64,000 nucleotides of DNA from sequence record NC_028829.1; one strand, given 5' to 3'. The notes under the pieces were generated by a model. The model was not told the DNA's origin, searched no databases, and was given only the letters and a program-made list of their open reading frames with translations. Every line of letters begins with the position of its first letter. The first letter of the stretch is position 1. Below, in pieces: positions 54,792 to 63,736 of this stretch. The translations under genes and the position numbers were made by a program.

Positions 54792-55046
54792 TTAAATTCC
54801 TAAAAAACGTTCACGATGTGCAAGCTCTTCATGACTTGCGATTTCTTTTTCTATTTCGTTCTCATTGTAAGAGATTCGACCTTTTGAATCTGACAACATG
54901 ATGATTGTCACTTCTGGGTTGAATTCGATTTCGAACTCTGGCGTGATATAACGCTCTCGACCATCTTCAAAGTATCGAACTTCGACGACGCTGAATTCAC
55001 ATATCGCAAGAGTTTCGAGTCGTTGTCTTAAATGTCTCATTGTCAT
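54792..55046 (-). CDS. hypothetical early protein
   Basis: AAGGA RBS after promoter 55072-55100. Confidence 0.75.
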   Translation of the reverse strand: MTMRHLRQRLETLAICEFSVVEVRYFEDGRERYITPEFEIEFNPEVTIIMLSDSKGRISYNENEIEKEIASHEELAHRERFLGI

Positions 55047-55071
55047 ATTCCTTATATGAATTTACCTTCTC

Positions 55072-55100
55072 ATTGTACATATAAACAATAGCATAGTCAA
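55072..55100. promoter_or_regulatory. overlapping divergent promoters: minus-strand early and plus-strand late-like
   Basis: Minus: TTGACT-17bp-TACAAT; plus: TATAAACA at 55080-87, 33 nt before gp49 ATG. Confidence 0.6.
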
Positions 55101-55119
55101 TAACTTTTTTGAGAAAAAC

Positions 55120-55626
55120 ATGAGCAAACAACTTAAACAATCAGAACTGACAGAATGCCGTAATGAACTAATCATGGATCAATTGGACAGATGTGTGTTG
55201 TGCGGTACTAAATTGAGTGAAGAGAAAAGCACGCCACATACTGACCACGACCACAACACGGGGCATATTCGAGGCGTTCTGTGTCGAGCGTGCAATACTT
55301 ACGAAGGCGTTGTGATTCATAAGTTTACAAGAAGTGGTTTGAAAGGTCGTGGAATTGATTACATTCAGTGGCTTAAAAATCTAGTAGAATACCTAGAAGC
55401 TGATTACTCAGATAATGATTATCACCCTCAGCACCCAAAAGACCAAACTAAGATCTTCAGTCGATTAAAACTGCAAGAACAAAAAGAACATTTAGACAGT
55501 CTAGGTATTAAGTACCCAGATGGTGCGAAGAAAAGCGAATTGGAAAAGATTTACAGAAAGAGTTTCTTGAATAACCCGCGTTGTGATTTTGACAACAACA
55601 AGTATGGTTATGGAGATGACGAATAG
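55120..55626 (+). CDS. 49: recombination endonuclease VII (Holliday junction resolvase)
   Basis: CVLC, DHDH.TGHIRGVLC.ACN..EG, WL.NLV.YL.ADY...YHP.H. Confidence 0.95.
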   Translation: MSKQLKQSELTECRNELIMDQLDRCVLCGTKLSEEKSTPHTDHDHNTGHIRGVLCRACNTYEGVVIHKFTRSGLKGRGIDYIQWLKNLVEYLEADYSDNDYHPQHPKDQTKIFSRLKLQEQKEHLDSLGIKYPDGAKKSELEKIYRKSFLNNPRCDFDNNKYGYGDDE

Positions 55627-55627
55627 C

Positions 55628-55656
55628 AAAAAGGGAGCAATTAGCTCCCTTTTTTT
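55628..55656. terminator. bidirectional terminator
   Basis: A5-GGGAGC-AATTA-GCTCCC-T7; identical core to 45446-45474. Confidence 0.9.
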
Positions 55657-56044
55657 ATACAATGATAGTTTCAGTACCGATTGTAATGACTGTTTGTGTC
55701 TTGACTTCAATCGTGTTGTTCATGTCTTCGTTCAAGCTGATCATTTCTTCAATGTCATCGCTCTCGAATGCTTCATGGTCGAACATGATTTCAGTGATTG
55801 ACCAATCTTCACCTTGAGACTCACTCCAAGCCAGTGCCATGTCGCGCTGTTCTTCATGTATGCAAACTTCAGCTTCTGTTTCAGAATGCTTACCGTCTAG
55901 GTCACTGAAAGAAAAGCTAAATGCGCAAATCGCATCTTCATATTTCTCAACGAACTCAGCCGTAACCCAGCACGTGTGTGCTGCGGTCGCGTTGCTATAG
56001 TAGCCAGTTGCTGATACTTCAATTAGTCTAAGATTGTCGTTCAT
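55655..56044 (-). CDS. acidic hypothetical protein
   Basis: GAGG RBS; start moved to MNDNLR. Confidence 0.75.
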   Translation of the reverse strand: MNDNLRLIEVSATGYYSNATAAHTCWVTAEFVEKYEDAICAFSFSFSDLDGKHSETEAEVCIHEEQRDMALAWSESQGEDWSITEIMFDHEAFESDDIEEMISLNEDMNNTIEVKTQTVITIGTETIIV

Positions 56045-56046
56045 TG

Positions 56047-56385
56047 TTATGCCTCGTCGTCGCGATATACAGCCGCGATGTTTTTGTAGTGTGTATGCAC
56101 CCATAGCGCACGATCTTGATCGTCTGGCTTCATGATACCTTCGATAATGCGTGGGTCAGGTACGTTTTTGATATTACCTAGTGGTAATAGAACTTTGTCA
56201 CCTACTTTGATGACCTTTTGGTCTACGTCTTCGCCGACAGAAATCACAATACCGTGAAGCGGAACTTCGGGTTGAGTAGCACGCCCGAGAACGATACCAC
56301 CTTCAGATTTGATTTCTTCACCTTCTTTAACTGCTTTAGTGTCGATGATGATTTGTTCGCCCATTGCGTGTGCTTTAAGTGTCAT
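56047..56385 (-). CDS. 31: GroES-like co-chaperonin for capsid assembly
   Basis: GEQII, mobile loop KSEGGIVLG, G.VISVG..V, KVGDKV.LP, VPDP, HYKNI.AVY. Confidence 0.9.
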   Translation of the reverse strand: MTLKAHAMGEQIIIDTKAVKEGEEIKSEGGIVLGRATQPEVPLHGIVISVGEDVDQKVIKVGDKVLLPLGNIKNVPDPRIIEGIMKPDDQDRALWVHTHYKNIAAVYRDDEA

Positions 56386-56591
56386 TATTTCTCTCGTCTT
56401 TTGTATTTGTTTCGTGTTGCTTCAAATGCTGCAATGCGTTCGTCTGTAGCTTTCTTTCGCTCTTCAAACTCACGACATTTCTTGCGCATATTACCATCTT
56501 CGATGTCATAATCTCGACTCTCAGGACCACGTTGGTCCCAACCAATCCAGAAGTTATTCACGTCATCGAGTAATTCTTTTTCTGTAGCCAT
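56385..56591 (-). CDS. hypothetical protein
   Basis: Intact ORF coupled to gene 31. Confidence 0.7.
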   Translation of the reverse strand: MATEKELLDDVNNFWIGWDQRGPESRDYDIEDGNMRKKCREFEERKKATDERIAAFEATRNKYKRREK

Positions 56592-56685
56592 TATATAGAT
56601 CTCACGAAAGTTGATGATTTGATGAGTTAGGGCCCATCACTCCTATTTGTTGATCGCTGTTTTATCAGCGCACTGCGACCGTCTC

Positions 56686-56895
56686 TCAGTGCGGACTATT
56701 TAGTTCAAACCCGCGGAAGTCGTCGTATGTTCTTGTGTATACGTCGCCTAGTTCGCTCGTGTAAGTGATAGCATTGTACCACTTACCGTCGAACTTGAGT
56801 TTGCCTTTACTCGTTACTGTATACACATTGCCCGTCTTCTTGTGAATAATCCACTGTCCGACGCGCAAGTGTTCAGCAAACGGGTCATTAGTCAA
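56686..56895 (-). CDS. DUF1653-like small SH3-fold protein
   Basis: W.HKKTGNVYTV...AITY......YTR..DDF..F. Confidence 0.6.
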   Translation of the reverse strand: MTNDPFAEHLRVGQWIIHKKTGNVYTVTSKGKLKFDGKWYNAITYTSELGDVYTRTYDDFRGFELNSPH

Positions 56896-57163
56896 ACGAT
56901 TTCACTTCGCGTAAATTAGCTCGTTTGAATGAACGCCAGCCATTAGCTTCAAGATCGAAGTAACCGCATGTCGCTTTTTGCTTTTCTGTTTTCTCTGGCT
57001 TTGTCTCACCTTCAGCTAAAGGCTTTTCTTTCGGGTGAAACTCAGCAGGGATGAAGTCGAGATTGCGCGTACCAGTTACAGTCTTAATAGAACCATCTGC
57101 TTTCTCAAATTCAAATGTGACTTTACCATTTTTCAGCAAGTCGTCGATATTCACTTCAATCAT
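56888..57163 (-). CDS. WYL_2-like SH3-fold protein
   Basis: F.F.KADGS....GT.N...YFDLEANGWRSF. Confidence 0.7.
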   Translation of the reverse strand: MIEVNIDDLLKNGKVTFEFEKADGSIKTVTGTRNLDFIPAEFHPKEKPLAEGETKPEKTEKQKATCGYFDLEANGWRSFKRANLREVKSFD

Positions 57164-57172
57164 GTTTTAACC

Positions 57173-57781
57173 TCACATAAAGAAATAGGGATTTTCAAGA
57201 GTCTTGAACTCGTTTACGACTGTCATCTTAAACGTCTTCAAGTCGATGTTAAACACTTTATTTGGCTCAATATGCTCTGGAGTTAAAATCGTTCGCGTGC
57301 TGCTAAACGATGTACCGTCTTCGCTCATGAACAACGGGCTAATTTCATTACGAAATACACGCAAATTGCCGTTAATGAAGTGAAAACAAGCAAACGTACC
57401 GTCAAGTTCGTTTAATTTGCCGTAGCAAATCGCTTCAGCGATGTGTGCAGTATCCCATTCTTGAGTCTGTTTTTTCATGTAATGATCTTTAAGAATGCCA
57501 TTATGCCACACGTGTGAATCATGCAACTGACCGTTCTCTTCAATTGTTACAATGGCGGGATGTGCTTGAGCACTTGTTCCCGTTGGTGCTTGTACATGAC
57601 AGATATAAAAATCTGCACTATCAGGCACATTAGTTGTATTGAACGCCCCTGTAAACTTGTGAACCGTCACGTGACCGTTCTTAAACGTACTCACAGAGTG
57701 AGTACGCGAACCACGATGAATGTTACTCTTTGACAATTCAATAAGCTCTTGCTTGCTTCTAGCAGCAAATAGTCCACACAT
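57173..57781 (-). CDS. stand-alone class II (Ntn) glutamine amidotransferase domain
   Basis: Met-Cys-Gly N-terminus, HRG, H.QAPT, AHP, WHNGIL, DT..IA, DGTFAC; ATG overlaps queC stop. Confidence 0.8.
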   Translation of the reverse strand: MCGLFAARSKQELIELSKSNIHRGSRTHSVSTFKNGHVTVHKFTGAFNTTNVPDSADFYICHVQAPTGTSAQAHPAIVTIEENGQLHDSHVWHNGILKDHYMKKQTQEWDTAHIAEAICYGKLNELDGTFACFHFINGNLRVFRNEISPLFMSEDGTSFSSTRTILTPEHIEPNKVFNIDLKTFKMTVVNEFKTLENPYFFM

Positions 57782-58497
57782 CAATGACCTGCCTTAGCAA
57801 ATACTTGTTCCCATGGGATGTCAATCGAGTAAGGTGCTGGGTCTTTAATACCCGCCTTACCGAAGTTCATGATGCGTTCAGCACATGACGGACATTTACC
57901 ACAGCTTTCACCTGCTTCGTTAGGGTCGTAACACGTTAGACTATCTTCAAACGGTACACCGAGCTTAACACCAATAGCGATTTCATCTGCCTTTGACATT
58001 CGAGCGAACGGAGCAAGTAATGCAATCTCGTGTTGACGATTCAGTGCAGATATATTGTTCATGCCGTCAAGAAAGTCTTGTGTGCAGTCCCAGTAACCGT
58101 ATGCGTCATGCACTTGAATGCCAGTAAACACCGCTGCACAGCCATTTGCTTGCGCGAATGAGAACGCGATTGTGTTCAATAGCATATTACGATATGGAAC
58201 TTCAGTTGGCGGTTGAGGGTCGCCTAGAACGTCTTGAATAGTTGGCATAGCAACATCTGAACCAGCGATATTTGCACATACAGGTGCTACCACTTCACCT
58301 AAGAATGAGATGTCGATTAGACGATGCTCGATACCGAGCTTTTGACAAGTCAATTTAGCTTTTTCTAGCTCAATTGACTGTTTTTGACCGTAGTAGAACG
58401 ATAATGCAAACACATTGTCTTTGCCGTATTCATCTACTAGTTTGTACGTAAGGATTGTTGAGTCCAAGCCACCGCTTAGAACAGATACTACTTTCAT
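57781..58497 (-). CDS. queC: 7-cyano-7-deazaguanine (preQ0) synthase
   Basis: LSGGLDS, F.YGQK...E, VPYRN, D..GYWDC, K, TCY......CGKCPSC.ER. Confidence 0.96.
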   Translation of the reverse strand: MKVVSVLSGGLDSTILTYKLVDEYGKDNVFALSFYYGQKQSIELEKAKLTCQKLGIEHRLIDISFLGEVVAPVCANIAGSDVAMPTIQDVLGDPQPPTEVPYRNMLLNTIAFSFAQANGCAAVFTGIQVHDAYGYWDCTQDFLDGMNNISALNRQHEIALLAPFARMSKADEIAIGVKLGVPFEDSLTCYDPNEAGESCGKCPSCAERIMNFGKAGIKDPAPYSIDIPWEQVFAKAGH

Positions 58498-58552
58498 TTT
58501 TAACCTCTCAAGTATATGAGTGCTCACAATTGAACACTCATCATAGCTCTTA

Positions 58553-59461
58553 TTACTGACGGAATAAACAACTTCCGTTAGTGTGCGAGACAACTTCACT
58601 ACCAAGTGCTTCTGGTAGTAGTTCTTCATGCGTTGCACGTGCTGGGCAGATATTCCAACCACCGCGACGTGTGTATAACGCTGTTACCATAAGCTCTTGT
58701 GGGTCGAACTTATCAAGTAACGCTTTGTAAATCATTTCAACACATTCTTCATGGAAATGATTCTCTTTACGGAATGACACAATGTATTGCATGAGACTGT
58801 CAATAGTTGGTGTTTTATCACCTTTCATGTACACATACAGATCGCCGAAATCTGGTTGATGCGTCACGCGACAGTTAGAACGTAGATTCGGTGTGAACAC
58901 TTTCATGCGCTTCACGTGAGATTCTTGCAGTAAATCAGCATCTGCACCGCTTTCTGAGTCGAATACAGTGTCTTCAGATACAAATTTGTCAAGTTCTACG
59001 TAACCTGTCATACCGTGCGGCTGCGTTGATCTGATTGTGAAGAAGCTCACTTGTACTTCAGCACCGATGACTTCAGATAGATCACGCGACGCGATAGCTT
59101 CAATTGCACCTTGTACTTCAGCACGAGTCGCAGCGACTTTAGCCATGTTGAAGCTGTTCCAATACAGTTTCATTGATTTACTTTCAACGATATTCGGTGA
59201 ATCGCTTGGGTACACGACTTTAGCCATACCAGATACAGGCAGACCTTGTTCAGTCAGTGCCGATACTTCGAAGCCATGCCATGTATCAAACCCTGCAAAG
59301 TCTTCGTTTGTGATACCGTAATCAGTTCGATTTAGCTCACGCGGGATTGGTACAAGTAAATCTGGTCGAACGTCTACGATATTAACGAAATCGCTGTAAT
59401 CGCCAGCTTTTTTACCTAAATGCTCAGCCGCAATAGCTGATACTTCATCATAATTGCTCAT
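58553..59461 (-). CDS. queF: NADPH-dependent preQ0 reductase, bimodular type
   Basis: D.W..FE.S.L, IVESKSMKLY.NSFN, LRSNCRVTHQPD (catalytic Cys), FHEECVE, YTRRGG. Confidence 0.93.
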   Translation of the reverse strand: MSNYDEVSAIAAEHLGKKAGDYSDFVNIVDVRPDLLVPIPRELNRTDYGITNEDFAGFDTWHGFEVSALTEQGLPVSGMAKVVYPSDSPNIVESKSMKLYWNSFNMAKVAATRAEVQGAIEAIASRDLSEVIGAEVQVSFFTIRSTQPHGMTGYVELDKFVSEDTVFDSESGADADLLQESHVKRMKVFTPNLRSNCRVTHQPDFGDLYVYMKGDKTPTIDSLMQYIVSFRKENHFHEECVEMIYKALLDKFDPQELMVTALYTRRGGWNICPARATHEELLPEALGSEVVSHTNGSCLFRQ

Positions 59462-59476
59462 GTATACCTCATAAAG

Positions 59477-59492
59477 AGCGCCCGTAGGCGCT
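59477..59492 (-). terminator. hairpin or weak terminator between tgt-like gene and queF
   Basis: AGCGCC-TACG-GGCGCT, same core as terminator 42552-42574. Confidence 0.5.
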
Positions 59493-60867
59493 ATTCTTGT
59501 TCTTTGAAAGCTGGGAATTCAGCAGTTGTGCCGCGACGAATACGCATAGATGGTAGCTTGTCAATATGACTTGCGTGCCATCGCTGATATGCAGCAACGT
59601 CTTTCACATCAAGTAGTTTGTCTAAAACGTCTAGACGACGAATCGCAGACCATTTCTTAAACCCTTCTTGCGGTTCTTTTTCTTCTACAACCCCGCCGAA
59701 GAATGATGATAAGTCAACTGCTTTCGGTGTATTCAAGTCAAGAGTTTCGGAGATGATTGCTTGGAAATTATTGACTTGTGATAAGATTATACACATATTA
59801 CAAGCAACTTCAAACACAATATCTTCGTCTGTCATCGTTTCTTTGTCGAGTTCTTTCAACCACAATCGTGTTGCGAACTCCTTGAACTCTTCTTTACCCC
59901 GCGGTAATACATGACCGAAACGACCCCACACTTCATCTAGCATTTCATCTAGTTCACGCGACGGTAATTTCTTACCATCTTTAAAGATACCGTGACCTGA
60001 GATCTTACGACGACGACCGAGCTTATCTGTGTATTCACGATTGGTTAAACAACCAGTGTGAGTTGATGAGTCGTAGCTAATGTGAAAATCGTCACCGAAA
60101 TAACCGCTTCTGATAAGAGCTACAGCAGGCAACAATCGCTTAACAGAACCGACACCTAGCATATGCACAGATTTTTTTGCTTTATCTGGGATATTGAGCT
60201 TCGGAATGACACTCATCATGTCAATAGACTCACGTACGCCGTTACCAATACATGTATCGGCAGCAGCACAACCAGCAATGTGATGCTCAACGCCTTCAAG
60301 TTGTGACATTATACCATCACTGAATGCCTTAAAGTCATCGTCTGAGTTGCCTTGTAAGATTATGTACGGTTTACAATCGCTTTCTTTCTCAAGATATGTT
60401 TCAATCTGAGCGCGTATGTTCTTACCTGTTTTAACACCGTATTTGTACGCTAGATCATACATGAAGACCTTGTCTTTCGTGTTGATACGAGCAGAACCAC
60501 CACCTTGTGCTTCATTGTGCAACGGGATTTCATCGAAACACATGCCAATATCACCAGACTCTGCTTGATTCTCGTAAACTGCTTTACGAAGTTCTGGTGT
60601 ATTCTCTAGACCTAAGTTAACAATCTGAAGACCGCCAGAATCGACATGAATCTTGTATACAGAATCACCGAACAATTCTTTAATTTGCTTACCGACTTTC
60701 TTTTCAGTGTATGCGTTATACAACATACTGATTTTATGAACACCGTCGAGATCTTGTGCTGTGTCTAGTATTTTACGCAAATAGGACGTGTCAACCACGT
60801 CCATTAGTTTATGTGCTGCACCAAGACGAGCATGACCCGTCGCAGACATAACGTATTCAATTATCAT
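59491..60867 (-). CDS. TGT-fold transglycosylase, DpdA/DpdA2-like (7-deazaguanine insertion)
   Basis: DSGGLQI, MCFDE, ILQG, HMLGVG, SYDSS motifs; no CxCxxC Zn site; embedded in Q-gene cluster. Confidence 0.8.
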   Translation of the reverse strand: MIIEYVMSATGHARLGAAHKLMDVVDTSYLRKILDTAQDLDGVHKISMLYNAYTEKKVGKQIKELFGDSVYKIHVDSGGLQIVNLGLENTPELRKAVYENQAESGDIGMCFDEIPLHNEAQGGGSARINTKDKVFMYDLAYKYGVKTGKNIRAQIETYLEKESDCKPYIILQGNSDDDFKAFSDGIMSQLEGVEHHIAGCAAADTCIGNGVRESIDMMSVIPKLNIPDKAKKSVHMLGVGSVKRLLPAVALIRSGYFGDDFHISYDSSTHTGCLTNREYTDKLGRRRKISGHGIFKDGKKLPSRELDEMLDEVWGRFGHVLPRGKEEFKEFATRLWLKELDKETMTDEDIVFEVACNMCIILSQVNNFQAIISETLDLNTPKAVDLSSFFGGVVEEKEPQEGFKKWSAIRRLDVLDKLLDVKDVAAYQRWHASHIDKLPSMRIRRGTTAEFPAFKEQE

Positions 60868-60870
60868 CAA

Positions 60871-61539
60871 TTACCCTCGTGCTAGAGACATGAATTCGGC
60901 GCGTGCTTCTGGTTCGGTACGAAATGCACCTGATAGGTGACTTGTAACAGTGCTTGAGTTGTTGTCTTCAACACCGCGTGCCTTGACGCAATAGTGTTTT
61001 GCGTCGATCAATACTGCCACGTCTTCAGTTTCAAGAATGAACTTCAGTGCTTCAGCGATTTGAACAGTCAAACGCTCTTGAATCTGTGGGCGTCGAGCAA
61101 AGTACTCGACGATGCGATTCATCTTAGAAAGACCAAGTACTTTCTTATTTGGGATATATGCAACTGTTGCAAAGCCGTCGATTGTTACGATGTGATGCTC
61201 ACATTGTGAAAGAACAGTAATGCCTTTTTCACAAACCATCTGATCGTAGTTCATTTTGTTGTCTACAGCAGTACATTTAGGGAACATATCTGGTGATAGA
61301 CCGCTCATGAGTTCATTGACCATCATCTTAGCCCAACGCTTCGGTGTATCAACAAGTGAATCGTCAGTAAGGTCAAGACCTAGAGCTTGCATGATGTCAG
61401 TGAATCGATCTTCAAGAATTACTTTCTTTTCATCATCAGTTAGACCGTTTTCAACAGTCGGCGTGTGCATTCCGATTTCACGAAGATGCGCTTCAACTTT
61501 TTGTCCAAGAATTGGATCTACTTTATTTTTGTCTAACAT
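60871..61539 (-). CDS. folE: GTP cyclohydrolase I
   Basis: DTPKRWAKM, SQCEHH, GLSKMNRIVE.FARRPQIQERLT, H.C...RG. Confidence 0.97.
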   Translation of the reverse strand: MLDKNKVDPILGQKVEAHLREIGMHTPTVENGLTDDEKKVILEDRFTDIMQALGLDLTDDSLVDTPKRWAKMMVNELMSGLSPDMFPKCTAVDNKMNYDQMVCEKGITVLSQCEHHIVTIDGFATVAYIPNKKVLGLSKMNRIVEYFARRPQIQERLTVQIAEALKFILETEDVAVLIDAKHYCVKARGVEDNNSSTVTSHLSGAFRTEPEARAEFMSLARG

Positions 61540-61568
61540 TCTATTTCCTCTTAGTCAGAAAACAATAA

Positions 61569-61615
61569 TAGCACGCCGAAGCGTGCTACTAAACATTAAT
61601 TGTTGATTACTTATA
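61569..61615 (-). promoter_or_regulatory. late-like TATAAGTA (61608-15) followed by UUCG hairpin (61569-88) before folE
   Basis: TAGCACGC-TTCG-GCGTGCTA then TTATTGTTTTT. Confidence 0.55.
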
Positions 61616-62539
61616 GAGTAATTCTTTGTTGATTTTGATGTCAACGACTGCGCCTTTCGAAAGACCTTCAGATACCCATACACGCTGTACACCCATACGC
61701 TGAAACTCGTCTTCGTATGTTTTTGCAATGTAGTTCGCGAGATTTTCAACTGTAGTTTCAGTGTTGATTACGATTGTTTCCTCTGAATCGATGTTCAAAT
61801 AGAAATTACCACGCTGTGAACAATATGCTACCGCACCTTCCGCAGTTAGATTGTCGTCCCATACGATGTAGCCGCTCATTTCTTCAGCAATGCGCTTCAG
61901 TACTTTGCGACCACGACTGTTTAACATGGCATCAACTGCAATGAACGAACGATGCCCATGCGCAATGTTCTGACACCCGTAAGAAGAGCTAGAACGCAAG
62001 CCATGAGCGTAATGAAATGAAACGTGCGTGTTTGCCCATGATGGCAAGTCAAAGCTCTCTGAAAGCTCTACAGTGACGTGTGTGACCGGATAGCCTTGTA
62101 GTTTAAGCTGCTTCAGCAACATATTTTCAAGATACTCGGTTAGATAGTTCATGTACAGCGTATCCGACGGGATGTGAAGATCAGTATCGAATAGCGATAC
62201 ATCGACGATCTCTTGATACCAGTCATTGACAGACGAAACAGCAGTGAATAACGGAGAGTCGATTTGTGTACGGTCACGATTTTCAATATCGCTTAACACA
62301 TATTCACTGTATCCGTTGACAAGAACTAGACGGTGATCAATTGCGTGTTCAGATTCGTCTACTAACTGCTTGATCGCTTTCTTGCAACCGCTGAAGTCAA
62401 TTACGACTTGCTCAGTTTCATCTACTTCGCCGGTGATTTCAACACATAGATTGTAACTCATACCGTTAATTTTACCGTTTTCATCAACGTATGCGTGATC
62501 GATGCATGTGATGTTGTTTAAAAACATTGTACTTTTCAT
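61607..62539 (-). CDS. queD: 6-carboxytetrahydropterin synthase, tandem two-domain QueD-like
   Basis: VIDFSGCKKAIK...DH.L in N-half; HYAHG...GCQNIAHGHRS, TTVENLA, SEGLSKG in C-half. Confidence 0.82.
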   Translation of the reverse strand: MKSTMFLNNITCIDHAYVDENGKINGMSYNLCVEITGEVDETEQVVIDFSGCKKAIKQLVDESEHAIDHRLVLVNGYSEYVLSDIENRDRTQIDSPLFTAVSSVNDWYQEIVDVSLFDTDLHIPSDTLYMNYLTEYLENMLLKQLKLQGYPVTHVTVELSESFDLPSWANTHVSFHYAHGLRSSSSYGCQNIAHGHRSFIAVDAMLNSRGRKVLKRIAEEMSGYIVWDDNLTAEGAVAYCSQRGNFYLNIDSEETIVINTETTVENLANYIAKTYEDEFQRMGVQRVWVSEGLSKGAVVDIKINKELLYK

Positions 62540-62578
62540 ATGTTTCTCTCTTGTTAAAGCTCTATTATAAGTCCGAAT

Positions 62579-62586
62579 TACTTATA
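62579..62586 (-). promoter_or_regulatory. late promoter-like TATAAGTA upstream of queD
   Basis: One mismatch to TATAAATA, 40 nt before ATG. Confidence 0.55.
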
Positions 62587-62593
62587 TTAAACA

Positions 62594-63046
62594 TTATTCG
62601 TCTTCGAACATAATAACTTTCACACCACGAGCATCTAGCCAATGCCACCAATCGGGTTGTGAACCGCTGTAAATCGAACCTACAATGAGAATTTTGATAC
62701 CAGCCGCGACTATCAGCTTGGCACAGTTATGACACGGCGACGTTGTAACATACATAGTCGCGCCTTCAGTAGAAATGCCAGCGCGTGCAGCGTAGCAAAT
62801 CGCGTTTTGTTCCGCATGTATCTCGTGAATTTCTGACCATTCGCGATGTGATAAATCGCCATAGTCTTCGATTTTGTTACAGTGTGTCACACCCGCAGGA
62901 ACACCATTGTAACCGTGTGAGATAATACGATCATTCTTGACGATGACAGCACCTACTTGCTTCTGCTTGCAGGTGCTTTTCTTAGCAAATGACTTGGCGA
63001 TGTCAAGATACACCAAGTCATAATAGCTTTTATTCTTCGGGTACAT
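62594..63046 (-). CDS. cd: dCMP deaminase
   Basis: STC...QVGAVIV, GYNG, HAEQNAI, SPCHNC. Confidence 0.94.
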   Translation of the reverse strand: MYPKNKSYYDLVYLDIAKSFAKKSTCKQKQVGAVIVKNDRIISHGYNGVPAGVTHCNKIEDYGDLSHREWSEIHEIHAEQNAICYAARAGISTEGATMYVTTSPCHNCAKLIVAAGIKILIVGSIYSGSQPDWWHWLDARGVKVIMFEDE

Positions 63047-63363
63047 TACGATAACAGAGCAGATTTAACTAGTTCATCAAACTGCGCATCAGCTTTTTTT
63101 ACGTAAACTGGTGCGTTGATTGTGTTGAAGTCAGCAAGAGCAACAGCAGATAGGTTACGAATGTGATATACTGCGTTGCGCGTCTCTGCGTATACTTTGT
63201 TGTCGATTACTTTGAATGATTCAATCGGCGCAGTTAATGCGTGCTCGCCTTGCTCATGACCAACCATTGAATTGAAGAAACGACCTTTGATGCGATTCGT
63301 CTCAACGAATTCTTTAGAAGTAAGTTCGATTGCAGCAGTGAAGTTAACGTTGAATGTAGTCAT
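63046..63363 (-). CDS. hypothetical protein (similar to 63425..63724)
   Basis: Shared G.....T......VYA.T....Y pattern. Confidence 0.75.
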   Translation of the reverse strand: MTTFNVNFTAAIELTSKEFVETNRIKGRFFNSMVGHEQGEHALTAPIESFKVIDNKVYAETRNAVYHIRNLSAVALADFNTINAPVYVKKADAQFDELVKSALLS

Positions 63364-63424
63364 AATATATTTCTCTCAAAAAGTAATCAAAAATAGTGAA
63401 TTCGTTTGTATTAAAGCAGAATTT

Positions 63425-63724
63425 CTAGTTGTTGTAAAGCGGAATGTTAATACCGCGTTCAGCAGCGTCTTTAATCATTTGCGTAATCTCGTCAAAAGAC
63501 ACGTTGGTTAGTTGATAACGACTCTTAGAGTGCGTCACAGCATACACAATACCGCCATTGATTTCAACATACATGACATTAGAAGTCATGATTTCGCCTG
63601 CGTCATTGAATCGCTCGATTGAGTGACCGCTTGCTTGACCAACTAGAATGTGAGTTTTATTCGGGTTGAACCCTGTGTTCACAAACTGCTTAATTGATAG
63701 TTCTAGCTTACCAGTAATATCCAT
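63425..63724 (-). CDS. hypothetical protein
   Basis: GAGG RBS. Confidence 0.75.
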   Translation of the reverse strand: MDITGKLELSIKQFVNTGFNPNKTHILVGQASGHSIERFNDAGEIMTSNVMYVEINGGIVYAVTHSKSRYQLTNVSFDEITQMIKDAAERGINIPLYNN

Positions 63725-63736
63725 GTTTGTTACCTC

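Noticed and set aside
59491-60867. Calling the gene canonical tRNA-guanine transglycosylase (tgt)
   Set aside because: It lacks the CxCxxC...H zinc site and the sequence is very divergent. Left as TGT-fold/DpdA-like without a symbol.
57173-62539. queE in the cluster
   Set aside because: No radical-SAM CxxxCxxC ORF among these genes. The YkgJ-like Cys protein at 24394 does not have the QueE pattern.
60-63511. Many + strand ORFs in the track (e.g. 6516-6902, 31730-32152, 45513-45875, 49138-49515)
   Set aside because: They are antisense shadows of well-supported minus-strand genes, with no RBS or recognisable motifs. Only 44884-45444 and 55120-55626 were accepted.
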